The position numbers were made by a program, and so were the translations under genes. A model generated the notes under the pieces. That model ran no database searches. It had not been told where the DNA came from and was given only the letters and a program-made list of their open reading frames with translations. From positions 2,914,001 through 2,978,000 of the forward strand of contig CDRNST010000188.1 of NCBI GenBank assembly GCA_977016875.1: a stretch of 64,000 nucleotides of DNA, written 5' to 3'. Positions 48,130 through 61,621 of the stretch are shown here, in pieces. Within the stretch, counting starts at the first letter, position 1. Every line of letters begins with the position of its first letter. The stretch is from Pavona decussata (lineage: Eukaryota).

Positions 48130-50254
48130 TCTATTTCCTCAAGCAAGGTGACATACAAAGTTGTTGCCTCTTCAGCTGTGCGAGGAAACTGTTAACATTT
48201 TTCTCTCATTATTATTTCTGCCAACTGTGTAAATTCATCTGAGCACTGAACCACTTTGCGGAGGTCGATAGCAGCATCTCTCCTCTGCAAGATCCAATTC
48301 GTCCAAGTCGACATCGGCCATGTAGTTCCTTGTGCCCGACACGGTAGAAAGAACAATACATCAGGCCTGCCAGATGGGGATTCCATGTTTGTTGAAGGTC
48401 GAATTCGATGGAGATTCCACAGTTTTGCTGCCCGATGAAGTTCGTCTCGCAATATAAGCACGAAACAAAACTTGAGACATTCTACCTCAATACAGTCATC
48501 GTCATGATAAAGGCCGCAGCTCCGCATGTCTTTAAAAAAATCTATCCACCACCCCGTACAGTCTTTTCCCAGTATACTCCACCATGCTTCGATTCGTTGG
48601 TTAGAAACTGATTTTCCATACATGAAACTGTCATCTCCCGTCCAATCATCTTCACCATCTCGCCTAATGAACCTTTGTACCGCTGCAATGCAGCCATTCT
48701 CTGTTCCGCAATCAGCCCTTATAACCCTTGCGGTTCCACCAAGTTGCCGCACACAGAAATAGAAATAGATAATGAGAAATAACGGTAGGATCATTGTTGG
48801 TGTATCCAACGTCAATCCATAGAATGCGCCTACTGAATCCATCGATACATCCGTGGATGCAAAAACCAAATGGCCTCAGTTTATCGTAGCCATCTATGTG
48901 CCACAAATGATTCCGCTTCTTAGTCGAGTATTGCCTCCCTTTTAGCCTATGCTGTGCTCTTAACTCAACCCCTTCAGGATCAAGGATCTTTTAATAACTC
49001 CCGGACGGCGTCTTTGCCTACAACAAGCCGGTGGTCATTGACCAATCGTTGAGTCATTTGCCTGTATCCGATGTTACTACCGCTTCCTCTAAGTTCTTTA
49101 TAATAATAATGTTTATTTGTGCTTTTTTTCTATTTACATGTTGATTCTTACAATCTTTTAGTGGTGTTATATAAATTAAATTAATTATTAGTTAAATTAA
49201 TGTGCAAAGCAAGGAAGCTAAATAAACCATTAGGTTGTCTTGTTAGCTCCCTGGCTAATTTAGGTTCTAGATAGCAGGCAAAAAAGAAAGAAAAAAAAAA
49301 TGAAAAAGCAAAAGGAAGGAAGAACTTATTAATTGTGAAAAGTTAACGTATGTTACGAGGTCAGCATAAAAGAAAATTAGTTCATTTGTTGTTCTGACAG
49401 TAAATAATGTATAATTTGTTTCGGAAAAGCAGACACACTTTGTATGAGTTTTTTTAAAGGAGTTGGAAGGTCTTTCCAAATATCGGTTGCCATGAAGGAG
49501 ATTAATTGTTTACCTACATTAGTTCCTACGTTCGGCTTATAAAGATTATGCTTAGCTGCATATCTTGTGTTGTAGCCATGTATATTACTAGCATATTGAA
49601 ACATGTTGTCGAACACTTCAGGCAGGAGGCCTTTATGCCATGAATGCAAGAATTTCAACACTTGTAGTCGATAAATGTTATTAACTGTCAGAAGGCCAAG
49701 TAGATTTAGCAAAGGTTTGGCTTTCTCTGTTTCGCTGCCAAATGATTTGGCAAAAAATATTAATCTTACAATATGATTTTGTTTCACTTGAATTTTTCTT
49801 ATATGTGTTTTGTAAACACTTCCCCAAGCTGATATGCCATAAGAAATATATGGATAGATTAGATTATAGTATATTTGTCTTAGTTGTATAATTCTTCCAC
49901 AGCTTGAACAACCTCCCTTAAATCGCTGGGGCTTCTTCTTCGTCCAAGTCTTTTGGCTTTTAAGATCCTTTTTAACTGTCTAAGGCTTAAGTTGATGCCA
50001 TGACTGAATCCAAGAAACAACAAAATCTCTGTATACTCCAGCCCAAGATGAAAATAACTTTCAATTAGGTCATCACGCCCACAGGGGTATTTTTGCAATG
50101 TAGGAATGTAGTTTGCAAGTCGAAAACCTTCACATGTTGACGTCTTCAAAGCAAATGTCAAAAATAGAAGCACGACAAAAACGTTGGCTATATTGGCGAA
50201 CCTCTGAAGAAATACAAAAATATAATGCCGTCCTACTGAAAAGAATGGTCTCAT
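48130..50254 (-). pseudogene. IS3EU/IS481-like DDE integrase-core transposase, frameshifted and LINE-interrupted
   Basis: HTH region LSLRQLKRIL, GYRQM, WHIDGYDKLRPFGFCIHGCIDGFSRRI, RADCGTEN, NQRIEAWW, WNLHRIR. Confidence 0.85.
49099..49891 (-). mobile_element. 5'-truncated CR1/L2-type LINE inserted in the integrase ORF
   Basis: ORF2 C-terminus (IYPYISYGISAWG..HGYNTR), 3' stem-loop 49208-49256, (TTA)n tail, apparent TTCTT TSD. The host frame AVEE/LRGSG rejoins across it. Confidence 0.85.
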
Positions 50255-50437
50255 TTTAACAACGATATTAATCCGTCATATTCACAAAGTCCACAGCACT
50301 TATCAAGACAATTAACAATGCTAACAACTTCAATTATAAATCATTCCTTTTGTTTACCTTTTCAAGTGACGAGTTGTCCATGTTTGCCGCCATGTTTCAC
50401 AGCACTGACCGCTTATCGGTCAGCGGCATTCCAAAAA

Positions 50438-50607
50438 ATGTCGGGAAAAAAGTCAGGAAAAAAGTTGGGAAAAAAGTCGGAAAAAAGTCGGGAAAAAAGT
50501 CGGGAAAAAAGACAGGAAAAAAGTCGGGAAAAAAGTCGGAAAAAAAGTCAGGAAAAAAGTCGGAAAAAAAGTCGGGAAAAAAGTCAGGAAAAAAGTCGGG
50601 AAAAAAA
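50438..50607. repeat. Minisatellite (GGAAAAAAGTC-like, ~12 bp, about 14 copies)
   Basis: Directly visible. Confidence 0.95.
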
Positions 50608-50946
50608 GGAGGAGTCAGAACGCGGGCAAAACTTCGGAGGAGATTTGAAGTTAAAAGTGTAATTTCATGGCACTTAATCGGCTCCGTAGTTTTCTCACAA
50701 ACCAATAAGAATAAAGAAAAAGCCTGACACACTTTGTTAGCCTATTATCCCCTGATTGATATTGTGCAGTCTGTTTGGTTGTGCGCCTTGACGTGAGAGT
50801 GGGTAATTCAGTTAAGTACACGTCGCTAGTATTGAGTTTGCAGGCCTCTTAACGCTTATGAATCCAACAAAATAAAAAAATCATTGATATTTTCGCAAAC
50901 TTCAATTTATCAGCTTTACAGTGATCTGTAGTTTTCTGTGGTTTTA

Positions 50947-51236
50947 AGCCGCCGTTAAAACTTTTTGGCTGAAACTTGTGTGCAACGGCGCTGCGAAACA
51001 AGTTTCAGCAGGCGTTGCACCGTGTAACATGGTCAGTTTTGCGAAACTTTTTCGAACTTCCGTTGCAAGCCAAGTTTCACGAAAAGTAGAACCACTTTCT
51101 ACTTCTGCAACGGCTCGCAACAGTCGCAGTGATGAAAAAAACAAGAGTTTCACCGTGTAAGATCACTTCGTGAAACTGGTCTCGTCTGCCGTTGCACACA
51201 AGTTTCGGCTAAAAGTTTCAACGTGTAACGGCGGCT
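50947..51236. mobile_element. PIF/Harbinger-type MITE
   Basis: TIR AGCCGCCGTTA...TAACGGCGGCT with TTA 3-bp TSD. Confidence 0.8.
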
Positions 51237-51385
51237 TTATCGAAAGCAGCGCGCGTTCGCTAGATTTCCCTGAAGGCACTCGCGCGAAACATGGCAGTAA
51301 CCTTTTAAGATTAAATAACTTATCATTTAAAAATGGTAAGTTATTTAATCTTTCCAACCTTATATATTCTAAGGCGAAAAGCACT

Positions 51386-53220
51386 TGTCGTTCAGGTACT
51401 GCTGTAGGTTATGACAACATTTCTATGAACCTAATTAAAGAATCTATCGATTTAATTATTTCACCTCTTACATGCATAATTAACTTATCCATCACTTCTG
51501 GAATTGTACCAAAACAATTAAAAATTGCTCGAGTTATTCCTTTATTTAAATCTGGTGAGCAGGATATATTTACGAACTACCGACCGGTGTCTGTTTTACC
51601 AGCATTCTCTAAAATCCTAGAGAGAGTAATGTACAATCGTCTTTTAATGTTTCTTAATAATCATAACATTCTCTCTGACAATCAGTATGGTTTTCGCAAG
51701 CATCACTCCACCGCTTATGCTCTTGCTTGTTTATATGACAAAATCTCTTCCGCCATTGACAATAAGGAATGCACAGTTGGTATTTTTATAGACTTGTCCA
51801 AGGCCTTTGACACCGTTGATCATAACATTTTGATTTCAAAATTAGAGCATTATGGTGTTCGTGGCACTCCACTTAGATGGTTCGAAAGCTATCTAAGCAA
51901 TAGACAACAATATGTGGAATTTAATGGCGTTAGGTCGGAGTCTTGCGAAATTAAGTGCGGGGTGCCTCAGGGTTCTATACTAGGTCCTCTACTTTTCCTA
52001 CTCTATATAAATGATCTGTGTAACGTGTCGAAGGTCGTGGACTTTATTCTTTTTGCAGATGATACAAACATATTTTTCTCCCACAAAGATTTTAACTTGC
52101 TTCCTGGAATCTTGAATTCTGAATTGCTTAAATTAACTCATTGGTGTCGAGCAAACAAACTGTCCATTAACTTTAAAAAATCAAATTTTATGGTTTTTAG
52201 ACCACCCCAAAGGAGGCAAACACTTGATTTATCTATTCAAATTGACAACAATGCAATTAAACGTGTGAAAGAAACAGTATTTTTAGGTGTTATCCTCGAT
52301 GAGCATTTGTCATGGAAGCCTCACATTCTTAGTGTTTCTAGAAAAATATCAAAATCAATAGGTATTATTTATAAGTCTAGTTTTTGCCTCCCCAAAACCT
52401 CCTTACGTTCCTTGTACTATAGTCTAGTTTACCCTTACTTAATTTATTGTGTTTCTGTGTGGGGATCGACGTATCAGTCTAATTTAAATCGGATTATTGT
52501 TCTGCAAAAGAAGATAATTAGAATAATATCAAAAGTTTCTTTTGATGCTCATACCGGTGTTCTTTTTAAAGAACAGGAGATTTTAAAATTCTCTGACATT
52601 TATTTATACCAAATAGGTAAATTTATGTATCTTTTTAAAAGAAGCTTACTTCCAAATTATTTTCGTGATATGTTTACTCTTGCAAGTCAAATACATTCTT
52701 ATAAAACAAGAAATTCCAACCTTTTCTATATACCTTATTGTCGAACTAATCTTCGAAAATTCTCAATTCGCTTTCAAGGTCCTTCGTTTTTCAACTCGCT
52801 AAGTCGTGAAATTCAAAACAGTGAAACTGTCGGTTTGTTTGGCAAAAGACTTAAAAAATTCCTTCTATCTAAGTTAAATTGACTCTTTGTTGAGCTACAC
52901 ACCTTTTCTTTACCTTTTCTTTTTTTTCTTCCTTTCCTTTTTTTTTTTTTTTCTTCTTTAAAAAAAAAAATTTAATTGGAAATTTCAATCAGTACCCTTA
53001 ACTTCTATGGTTTATCCAATAGTTCTAGGAAGCCTATAGTTAATAAGCCCCCGGCTTCTATATAGGCTTCCTAGCCTTTAACACATTTAATATTGTAAAT
53101 AGTCAAGTATGAATATTGTAATAGTAAGAATATTGTGTGTCGTCTATAATGTATTTATGTTGTATTTTTTTTTGTTAATGGCAAATAAAATTGAATTGAA
53201 TTGAATTGAATTGAATTGAA
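51386..53220 (+). mobile_element. 5'-truncated CR1/L2 (Crack-like) LINE with an open RT domain
   Basis: RT motifs from GTAVGYDNI to FADD; stop at 52882. Stem-loop 53025-53074, (ATTGA)n tail, imperfect TSD AAAA(G/T)CACT. Confidence 0.92.
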
Positions 53221-54826
53221 AAATCACTATGAAAGTTTCCGTAAAGTGTTGAGCGCTGTAAAAGTAAAAGAGAAAACATCTAATGTTTTGCAGCATTGTT
53301 TCAACACCTGGGAAAAGACCAATTGAAGAAATGAAACCGAGAAAATTAAACAAGTGCCTCCAGAAGTTTTACTTATCCGCAGGAAAGCCAGACCTCGCCC
53401 GTTGAGATTTTCACCAGTTTAATTTCCGACCATATGTCGGTATAATTATAATCAAATATAAAACATTTTTTTTTTATCCCACTTGTGTGGTATATACTAC
53501 AACAATTGTTCACCTCCACTTCGGTGAATAACTGTTAAATATTGTGTAGACCGTGCTAACAGAAGGCGAGCTGAATGTCAAGCATGACAACAAACTAAAA
53601 CTGACTGACAACTGACAACTAGCGAACGAAGGAGCCTACCAACAAACCGATTCACTGACCAAATATTTAACATTAATAACAGTAAAAATAAAAACGAGCA
53701 AGAGGCTTTATGTACTTATAACATAACTGACTTCTTATAGAGTGATAAACTCTGCACGGTTCGGAAAATTCAAATTGACTCCCGCGTGTCAGTTTCAATA
53801 ATTCACAAAATTGGCAAATTGGTAATGAACAACCAACGTGTGCAGTGTAAATACATAAATTACAGGGCGGAGAAAAAAACACTCTTATGCTCTAAAATAG
53901 TTATATTTGATAATTATTCAATAAAAAGTTGCGACTGTTAAAACTTTCCAAAAACCAAACGAAATTTGTTTGGCTAAGAATGGCCAGGGTGGAAGTGGAT
54001 TGCAACTTGAAAAAATTGCCCTATTTTTCGAGTTCCTCCTCTGTGTTATAGAGGAGTAACTAAAAATTGATTATGGTTTGTCTTCCTAGGAGAAAGACAT
54101 TACTTTTTTCTTCCCGATGTTGTATTGAGTAAGAGCAATTTCACGTGACGACACAGGTTTTAGTCAAATATTTGAGCAGTTTTGGCCAAGCAACATCGCT
54201 GTGACAGTTCCCCTCAAAAGCGTGGAATACAAATGTTTTAACTTGATTAATATCGCATTCGCAGGAGAGGGAACGCTAGAGTGAAGTGCTGGGGGATTAG
54301 ACCGGTTTAGTTATTTTGTCAGCACTTTACACTTGAAATTACAAGAGGCATGTCGCTGGAAAAAATGGCTATAATGTACGTTGTTTTCCAAGAGTCCAAT
54401 TTTGCAGCTCGGGGGTTCAATATCATATTGTATTCAAGCGAGAGCATGCGTGACTTCGACGTGGTCGGCGTGTCCTTTAGGCGCAGTCTTCAAATCCGTC
54501 CTCAAAAGAAATTTAGGCCAACAAATGCACTCTAAACGCTAGGACCTTTAGTAATAAGACTTTAATTTATAATCCAGCATTTTGAAGACTGCACGTGAAA
54601 TACAAACTATTTATACTTACAACTCCCCATTGAGGACGGAAAAAAAGCCAAAAATCACATAAGGACCTGCATGCAATTAATTAATTTCTACAAATTTGTG
54701 TCGTGTTGTGCGTGTTGTGTTTTTGTTTGCGTGTCTCTCCGATCGACATATTTCAAACTAATTTTAAGAATAGCACTCGTTACACCTAAGGCGAAATTGT
54801 TCCATGGGATAGAAAATCAGGGCAGC

Positions 54827-57800
54827 ATGCGAGAAATTTAATGTTATAACTTTAAATGTTAGGGGCTTAAGAAACCGGGTGAAGAGGAAAAGTATATTTT
54901 GCTTTCTAAAAGATCAAAATTGTGAAGCTTATTTTTTACAGGAAACTTATTCAGAACCTAACGTCGAAAATATTTGGAGTAGCGAATGGGGAGGTGTTAT
55001 TTTCTTTTCACATGGAACTACTCACAGTCAAGGTGTCTGTATCTTAATGAACCCTTCTTTCAACTTCACGTTTGAAAATTCGCACAAAGACCGAAACGGA
55101 AGAATTGTCTCAGTGGATGTAAATTTAAATGGAAGCAAATTTTCTTTATGTAATATCTATGTTCCAAATGAGCAAAGACAACAGCAAGAATTTTTGTATA
55201 ATTTAAACACATATCTCATGTCCAACACAGGCATTGAAAATGTTATTGTAGGTGGTGATTGGAACATAACTTTGCGGGCAATTGACAAAACAGGCGGCAC
55301 CGTTTGGAAACCGACTATTGCCAGAGACAAAGTTATTATGTTGATGAACGAATTCGCACTAGTTGACATCTTCAGAGAACAAAACCCACTTAAAAAGAGC
55401 TACACGTATGAATCCAAAGCACTAAAACTTCGTTCGCGTATCGACTTCTTTTTTTAATAGTTCAGCACCTTACACACTAAAGTGTTAATCGCTCCAGACC
55501 ATCGAGCAGTCAAACTCACCTTAAATCCACCTCACGTTAAGCGAGGACCGGGCTTATGGAAGTTTAATAATTCTCTAGAGGATGAGAAATATGTCAAAGT
55601 AATACGAGAATATTTTACTTGCATCAGTGAAAAATATAGCAATTTAAAAGACAACAGACTCAGATGGAAATTAATTAAAATGGAACTGAGAGGTCTAACG
55701 ATCCCGTATGCTAAAAATAAAGCTAAAAACGTAAGAAAAAAAGAGATGGACGTTCAAAAGCGACTAGAGGAACTGGAAAGCCTCGTCTCCAGCGATGCTA
55801 ATACCACCCGCACGAACCAATTGAAAATAGAATATTCAGCGCTGAAGGAGGAGCTTCGCCTTATTTATGAAAACAAAGGTAAGGGCTTGATTATTCGCTC
55901 CAAAACGAGATGGATTGAACATGGTGAAAAATCGACTAAGTACTTTTTTAACCTAGAAAAAAAAAGCTATAATCGTAAGGTGATAAAGTCCGTAAAGCAA
56001 TCAGGTGAGAAAACGATTTTTGACCAAGCGAAAATATTAGAAGAAATCGAAGCGTATTATAAACATCTATATACGTCTCCTCTGGACACGGCCGGTAATG
56101 ATTCGTTTGATGACTTCATTACAAACCTAGACATGACTAAACTTGAAAATGAAGTAAGAGATGAACTGGAAGGTGAAATTGCTGTTAATGAATGCCAAGA
56201 TATTCTCAGAACTTTTAAAAGGGGAAAATCGCCAGGAGATGATGGTTTTACGTTGGAGTTTTAATTGTTTTTTTTTTATATACTCGGCCAAGATCTTGTG
56301 GATAGCTTCAATGCTTCGTACGACGCAGGTGAGATCAGTCTATCTTCCAACGCCGAGGCGTTATAATCCTTATCCCGAAAGAAGACTCTGATCTTTCCTC
56401 GCTAAATAATTGGCGGCCAATTACGCTACTTAACTTAGATTACCAAATTGCATCCAAAGTGATTGCTAAGTGATTGCTGTCTAGTTAGCGCAGACCAAAC
56501 AGTATTTATAAAAGGAAGGTTCATTGGTGTAAATATATTAGATTTATCAATGACATTTTGGAACAAACAAGAATCCAGAACATTCCAGGTATTCTCCTAT
56601 AACTGGATTTTCAAAAAGCTTTTGACGCAATTGAATGGAAATTTATCCAAAGAACAATTACATTATTCAGCTTCGGGGAATCTCTCCAACGTTGGGTTTC
56701 TACTTTTTACACTAATACCCAGAGTGCTGTCCTAAATAATGGTTTCAGTACAAACTATTTCGCACTTTCAAGAGGAGTTAGACAAGGATGTCCCTTATCT
56801 TTTTATTCGCGCAGTTGAACTTTTAGCTTGTAAGATTAGACAAGACAAGGAAATTCAGGGAATCAAAATCTTTCAAAGGGAATTTAAATAAGTCAATTTG
56901 CCGATGACACCACCCTCCTGAATGAGAATAGTAATTCAGTTCATTTCTTATGATGAAAAGCAAAATGAAAAATATAACTTCAAAGCCAAACTGCAGATTC
57001 TGGACATCTGGAACTACCGCAATCTTACAATATTTGGAAGATGCCTCATAGCCAAAAGCCTTATAATTTCGCAACTGGTTCACATGATTTCAAATCTTAA
57101 CATCTCAAATGACTATATACATGCTGTTAACTCTGCCACATTCAAATATATCTAGAGAAAGAAAAAGACAAAATCAAACGTAAAGTAATGATCTCAGACT
57201 ATGTCAAAGGAGGTATACGCGCACCCAGTATAGATGTCATGGCAAAGTCGCTGAACCTAGCATGGATTTCGAGATTTTTACCTGAAGGGCAAACTTACAA
57301 GGAATCTTGGAAGGTCATTCCTAGTTATCTGTTGGAAAAATTTTGTGGTCTCAATTTTTTGTTAAGATGTGAATTATGACAAGAAGTTTCTTGCGCGAAT
57401 AAATTTACCCCAGTTCTATAAATCGATTCTTCAAAATTTTCTAGAGCTAAAAATATCCTACAAAAATTCTTCATATGAGGAATTTGTGTTATTCAACAAC
57501 AAAGATATTTTGCTGGATGGATCTACCACCTTTTATACAAATTGGTTGAAAAAAGTTTATACCTTATACAAGATGTTCTAAATTCGGACGGTAATTTTCT
57601 ACCGTACCCAAAATTTATAGAGAAATATCAGGTAAAGTGTAATTTTCTTGCTTACTGGCAAGTTATCTCCGCAATCCCTAGAGATTAAAGATGGCGAGGG
57701 CGACCGTCATAGATAAAACAAATTTCCTGTCAGAACAGATGTCCCCACTTTCATCAGAAACCTCTGTTAACTTACTTAAAATGGAAAACAAAGATTATTA

Positions 57801-58455
57801 TCGATTATTAATTAACACGAAAAAAAAAAAAACCGAACTCAAAGCAAAAACAAAGTGGGCTCATCATTTACCCCCTGGAATCGTTTTTCAGTGAAAAAAT
57901 TTATATGCAAAGACAACAAGCTAAGAGAATTTTACTTTAAACTTTTGCATAGAATAATAGTCACTAAAAAGGAGTTGTTCTTGTATGGTATAAAAGACGA
58001 TATGCTTTACGAGTACTGCCAAATGAATGATTTAATTATTCACACTTTACAAAACTGTACTTTCACAAAACAATTTTTTTCGGAAGTTATAAAGTGGTTC
58101 AATAATGAAAATGCCACCTCCTTACGCTACTCACAGGTAGAAATATTATTTGGTGGAAAATTTGATGATAAAAATGTAGATTCGTATTTAGTCAAAAAGC
58201 TCAGCTTCACCCTTCTATATGTTAAGTATTATTTATATAATCAAAAGGTATTGTGTAGTGAAATTTCCATGATTGATTTTGTAGCAAATCTTAATTAGAA
58301 ATATTCATTGCAAGGCCTTAGCATGTAACACTTTCGTAATATTATTATAGAATGAATATGTAAATGATCGAGTAGATGATACCTTGTATATATTTTGTAG
58401 TAGTGCTTGTAATTTCGTTTTCTTGTGTATGTGTGTGTATTCTCAATAAAAAAAA
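54827..58455 (+). mobile_element. Decayed L1/Tx1-clade LINE ORF2 (APE, RT, C-terminal zinc-finger region)
   Basis: LNVRGL, LQET, GGDWN, GPGLWKFNNS, KSPGDDG, NWRPITLLN, GVRQGCPLS and SQFADDT across many frameshifts; AATAAA and A-tail at ~58445. Confidence 0.9.
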
Positions 58456-60850
58456 CTGTTGTATTTAAGTTACCGTGTACATTCAGACAGAAAAAATTTT
58501 GGATTTTCATTTTTTTAGATAAAAATAAACTTTCCAGTAAGTTCTTACAAACAAAAAAAGAATTTAGAAAAAGAGTGACTATTTGCCGAGAAATATGGAC
58601 GTAAGCGGTTTCCACCGGAAGTTAAATTTCACAGCAATATGCTGTTTTGACTGACAGCATATTGCTGCCGATGTAACCACGCTTTGCGTTGCGGTCTTTC
58701 TATAGTTTTGGACCCCTCACGTTCCCGCAAGTCGAATATCCTGTTTTTAGTGGATGAAAGAAGACAATAGCTTTAAGCCACACTTTAAAGTGGGTAAAGG
58801 TCTTTTAAAAAACTTCTAGCCAATCAAATATTTGGAGACGCGCTTGCTTCAATTCGAGCGTCCGTGAATTGCGCCTCACGAGCTGCCTTCCTCTTCTTCT
58901 TCCTTTTTTTTTTTATTTGCGGCTGAACTTTATCAGATTAATGAATCTTGTGTGCGGGTGTGTAAAACTTTCAAGTCCCGGCAAGCGTAATTCCTAATTC
59001 ATAATACATAATTCCTATGTCTTGATCTTTTCTCACCTCTACTGTCGCTATAAGATAACTATAGTGAAAAGAAAGTCACCGCTTTTGCTTGTAGTGTTTT
59101 TATAAAGACTTACTGTATTAGTATAAGTTCCAAGGCGTTAAACGGAGTCAACTCTTTTATACGGTTCCGTTTAAACGTTTTCTTTAAAGCGTCAAACGGT
59201 TACTTGTTTTGGAATGTTCATTCAAGAGCGAATTTTCACTCGAACTTTGGATAAGCAATCTCGAAACTTCGCCATTCTCTACAACATTTCGCTCGAATAG
59301 AGTATTCGCCGGCTTTTCGAAGAGTAGCAAGAGTTTTCAGTTTGTTTTAACTGAGACAATACGTGCGGTTGCGGTGGTTCCCCGATATTTCCGTAGCGCT
59401 TTGTGCTGATAATCTTGCCCGCCTCTGCCGCTTCTGTTTGGTCCAATAGCTTTGCTAGATGAGGTCGGTTTCAGTCCCCGTTTAGTTTTTCCCATAATCA
59501 TTACAGATTACAAAATCGACCTACAACAAACACCACAGATATACAACAAAATGGTGAAGGAGCTGATTACCCTGGAACGCGAGTACCTGCAAAACTGCGA
59601 GCAAATTTTCACAGGAGGTGACCGGAAGAAAAAGTAGCTTGCCAAATGATTGGCTAATTTTCCATAAAGGTATTAGGAGGTGGTATTTGTTTGTGTGGCG
59701 AGAATATTTTTCAACCGCCGTTTTCTCAAACTTAAATTTTCGCTTGGAGAGGAAACTTTCAAGAGTCACAACTCAACAACGATTTGGCGGATTTCAGTCA
59801 AATTTGGCCAGATGCTAGAAAAATTTATAATCAGCAAACACGTGTCGGAGAATTAACCTTAAATCTCTCGTTAAGTACGCGCGGTGTGATTGGTTAATTT
59901 TGAGGGCCGTATTTCACTGTACGGCCCGCTAAATTTAAAAGTTTCCATTGCCGCCCGCCCGATTAACTCCAGAGATATTATAAATATCTTACTAACCTCG
60001 TCTCCCGGTCCGTACTTTAAGTTACGGATCTTTGTTGTTTTCATTTATGGTCCACGCGCTTCGCACTCGGTCCGTAATTTACAGTACAGATCTCGAGCTC
60101 GGTTAGTAAGAAGTATTTATAGGCACTCCACCGGTGCATAGGAGATTATGGGTTCAGTTCCCTTGAGAGACTCTGGCCTTTTTCAGTGTAGTCCCAACTG
60201 CTCGTGTTTAACTGAATATTGTTTGTTTGTGATTTAAACAAGCTCGACAATGGACATCTTTCTCAAAGCTTTATCAGTTTGACCGCATAATGCTGTGATA
60301 TGTTTATATGTCTGAGTTGCAGGCACCCAACGGTTCGTTTCGGTGAACATCTGCATGTTTAGGAGACCTAAATCGCCTTAGAAATTCGGATTAAAATGTA
60401 GTTTTAACGGTACATTTTAGCTGTTATCAGTACCATTTATCAAAAAATCCGGAAATTTCGGTCGTGATTCCCTTCCGGGTAGAACGCGCAAGTGTTCCAG
60501 TTACTCAAAAAACCGCTTTAGACACATATTTGGCAAGGCTGTGAAAGCTAAAGGCCTGTAACTAATATGAAAGATTGCAAGACATGTAAATGAAACACTT
60601 TTCCACTCGTGGAGTACCACTGAAATGAAAAACAAACAAACAAACAAACAAACAATTAAAAACCGAAAAAAAAGGAAAACGAGGAAAAAAACAAAAAGGG
60701 TCTTGCTTATCAAAAGTTTCGTCCGGCTTCCGGTACTACCCTATAGGTCGTGTTACCTTTTCATTCAAAAAGAAATTTCGAGAAATTTCATGTAAATGGT
60801 AAACAACCAGTATAACCAACTGAATCTCATCCTTCAAGTACCCGGATTGG

Positions 60851-60940
60851 TAGCCTGATTCTCAGACGGTCCAGGTCGCTTGCGGCAAACACTCTCTCCC
60901 TTCCTCCGCAAGCGACCTGGATCGTCTGAGAATCAGGCTA
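60851..60940. mobile_element. 90-bp Academ-type hairpin MITE
   Basis: TAGCCTGATTCTCAGACG...CGTCTGAGAATCAGGCTA; degenerate 9-bp flanks CCGGATTGG/CCCCATCGG. Confidence 0.65.
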
Positions 60941-61399
60941 CCCCATCGGAGGCCCTCCACAAAAAGGTGGGCCTCTTAGGAATTACGGTCACTTCGCCAC
61001 CAACAAACCCGCCGAGGCCGAGGAAATAAGCCAAGCAAGAATTCGGCAGCAGTGCAATAGTTTCTACCAGTTCATGAAAAGCGTTCACGTGGCCACCCCT
61101 TGACCTCGGTTGAGTCTCCACTTATTGGATCTGACTCTCCTACGATACTTACACCTTGACCACAATGCTCTGGAGCGAATCAACATCGTTTCCAGAGCCT
61201 TCCGGTTTACAAGGGAAAAGCCCTTAAGAACAAAGTATCAGTTAGGGAGGTTGGGGGCGAGTTTTAGGGGACGAATCATGTTTGTTGTCTCGGTTCATTA
61301 AGCTACTCAAACTAAAAGAGAGATTTAGAGCTTCTAAGACAGATAAGAATGAAACAACTCTCAAACAGGCCATTTTACAGTCGTGTCCTTAGTGACCAG

Positions 61400-61621
61400 G
61401 GGCCCATTTCTTGAAAGTCCCTGTAACTTACCAGGCACTATAAGTGAAAATGTTTTTAACAGCAGTTAATTTGTGACAGGTTTGAATAATAAATCTTACA
61501 ATTCTATGAAAAGATTGGCCAAGTATCATGTCTGTAATCACTGTGTAATCGGCGAAAAAAACTTTTAAAAAATATACTTACCGGGCCTGGTAAGTTACCG
61601 GGACTTTCGAGAAACGGGCCC
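61400..61621. mobile_element. Harbinger-type MITE nested in a palindromic MITE (~61367-61810)
   Basis: GGGCCC.TTTCT.GAAAGTCCC TIRs with CAG TSD. Confidence 0.75.

Larger units (their letters stand above)
44081..51302. mobile_element. Putative Kolobok-like element carrying further insertions
   Basis: TTAA|GGTTAC at 44077 and GTAACC|TTTTAA at 51297. Basic N-terminal ORF remnant 44541-44894 on the minus strand. TIR is short. Confidence 0.45.
43845..53541 (+). mobile_element. Non-autonomous Crypton-like element split by ~9 kb of nested insertions (pieces 43845-44076, ~51305-51380, 53220-53541)
   Basis: TACCACACAAGTG (43845) is inverted at ~53480. Remnant MACRFATVNKEEI..TKK on the left and LNKCLQKFYLSA on the right, with a terminal TTCACC...GGTGAA hairpin. 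Confidence 0.55.

Noticed and set aside
50318-50732. Lys/Ser-rich and FFPD-repeat ORFs
   Set aside because: These are translations of a 12-bp minisatellite.
51170-51385. N-terminal ~70 aa of the 570-aa RT ORF
   Set aside because: Chance read-through from a MITE and flanking repeats; RT homology starts near 51386.
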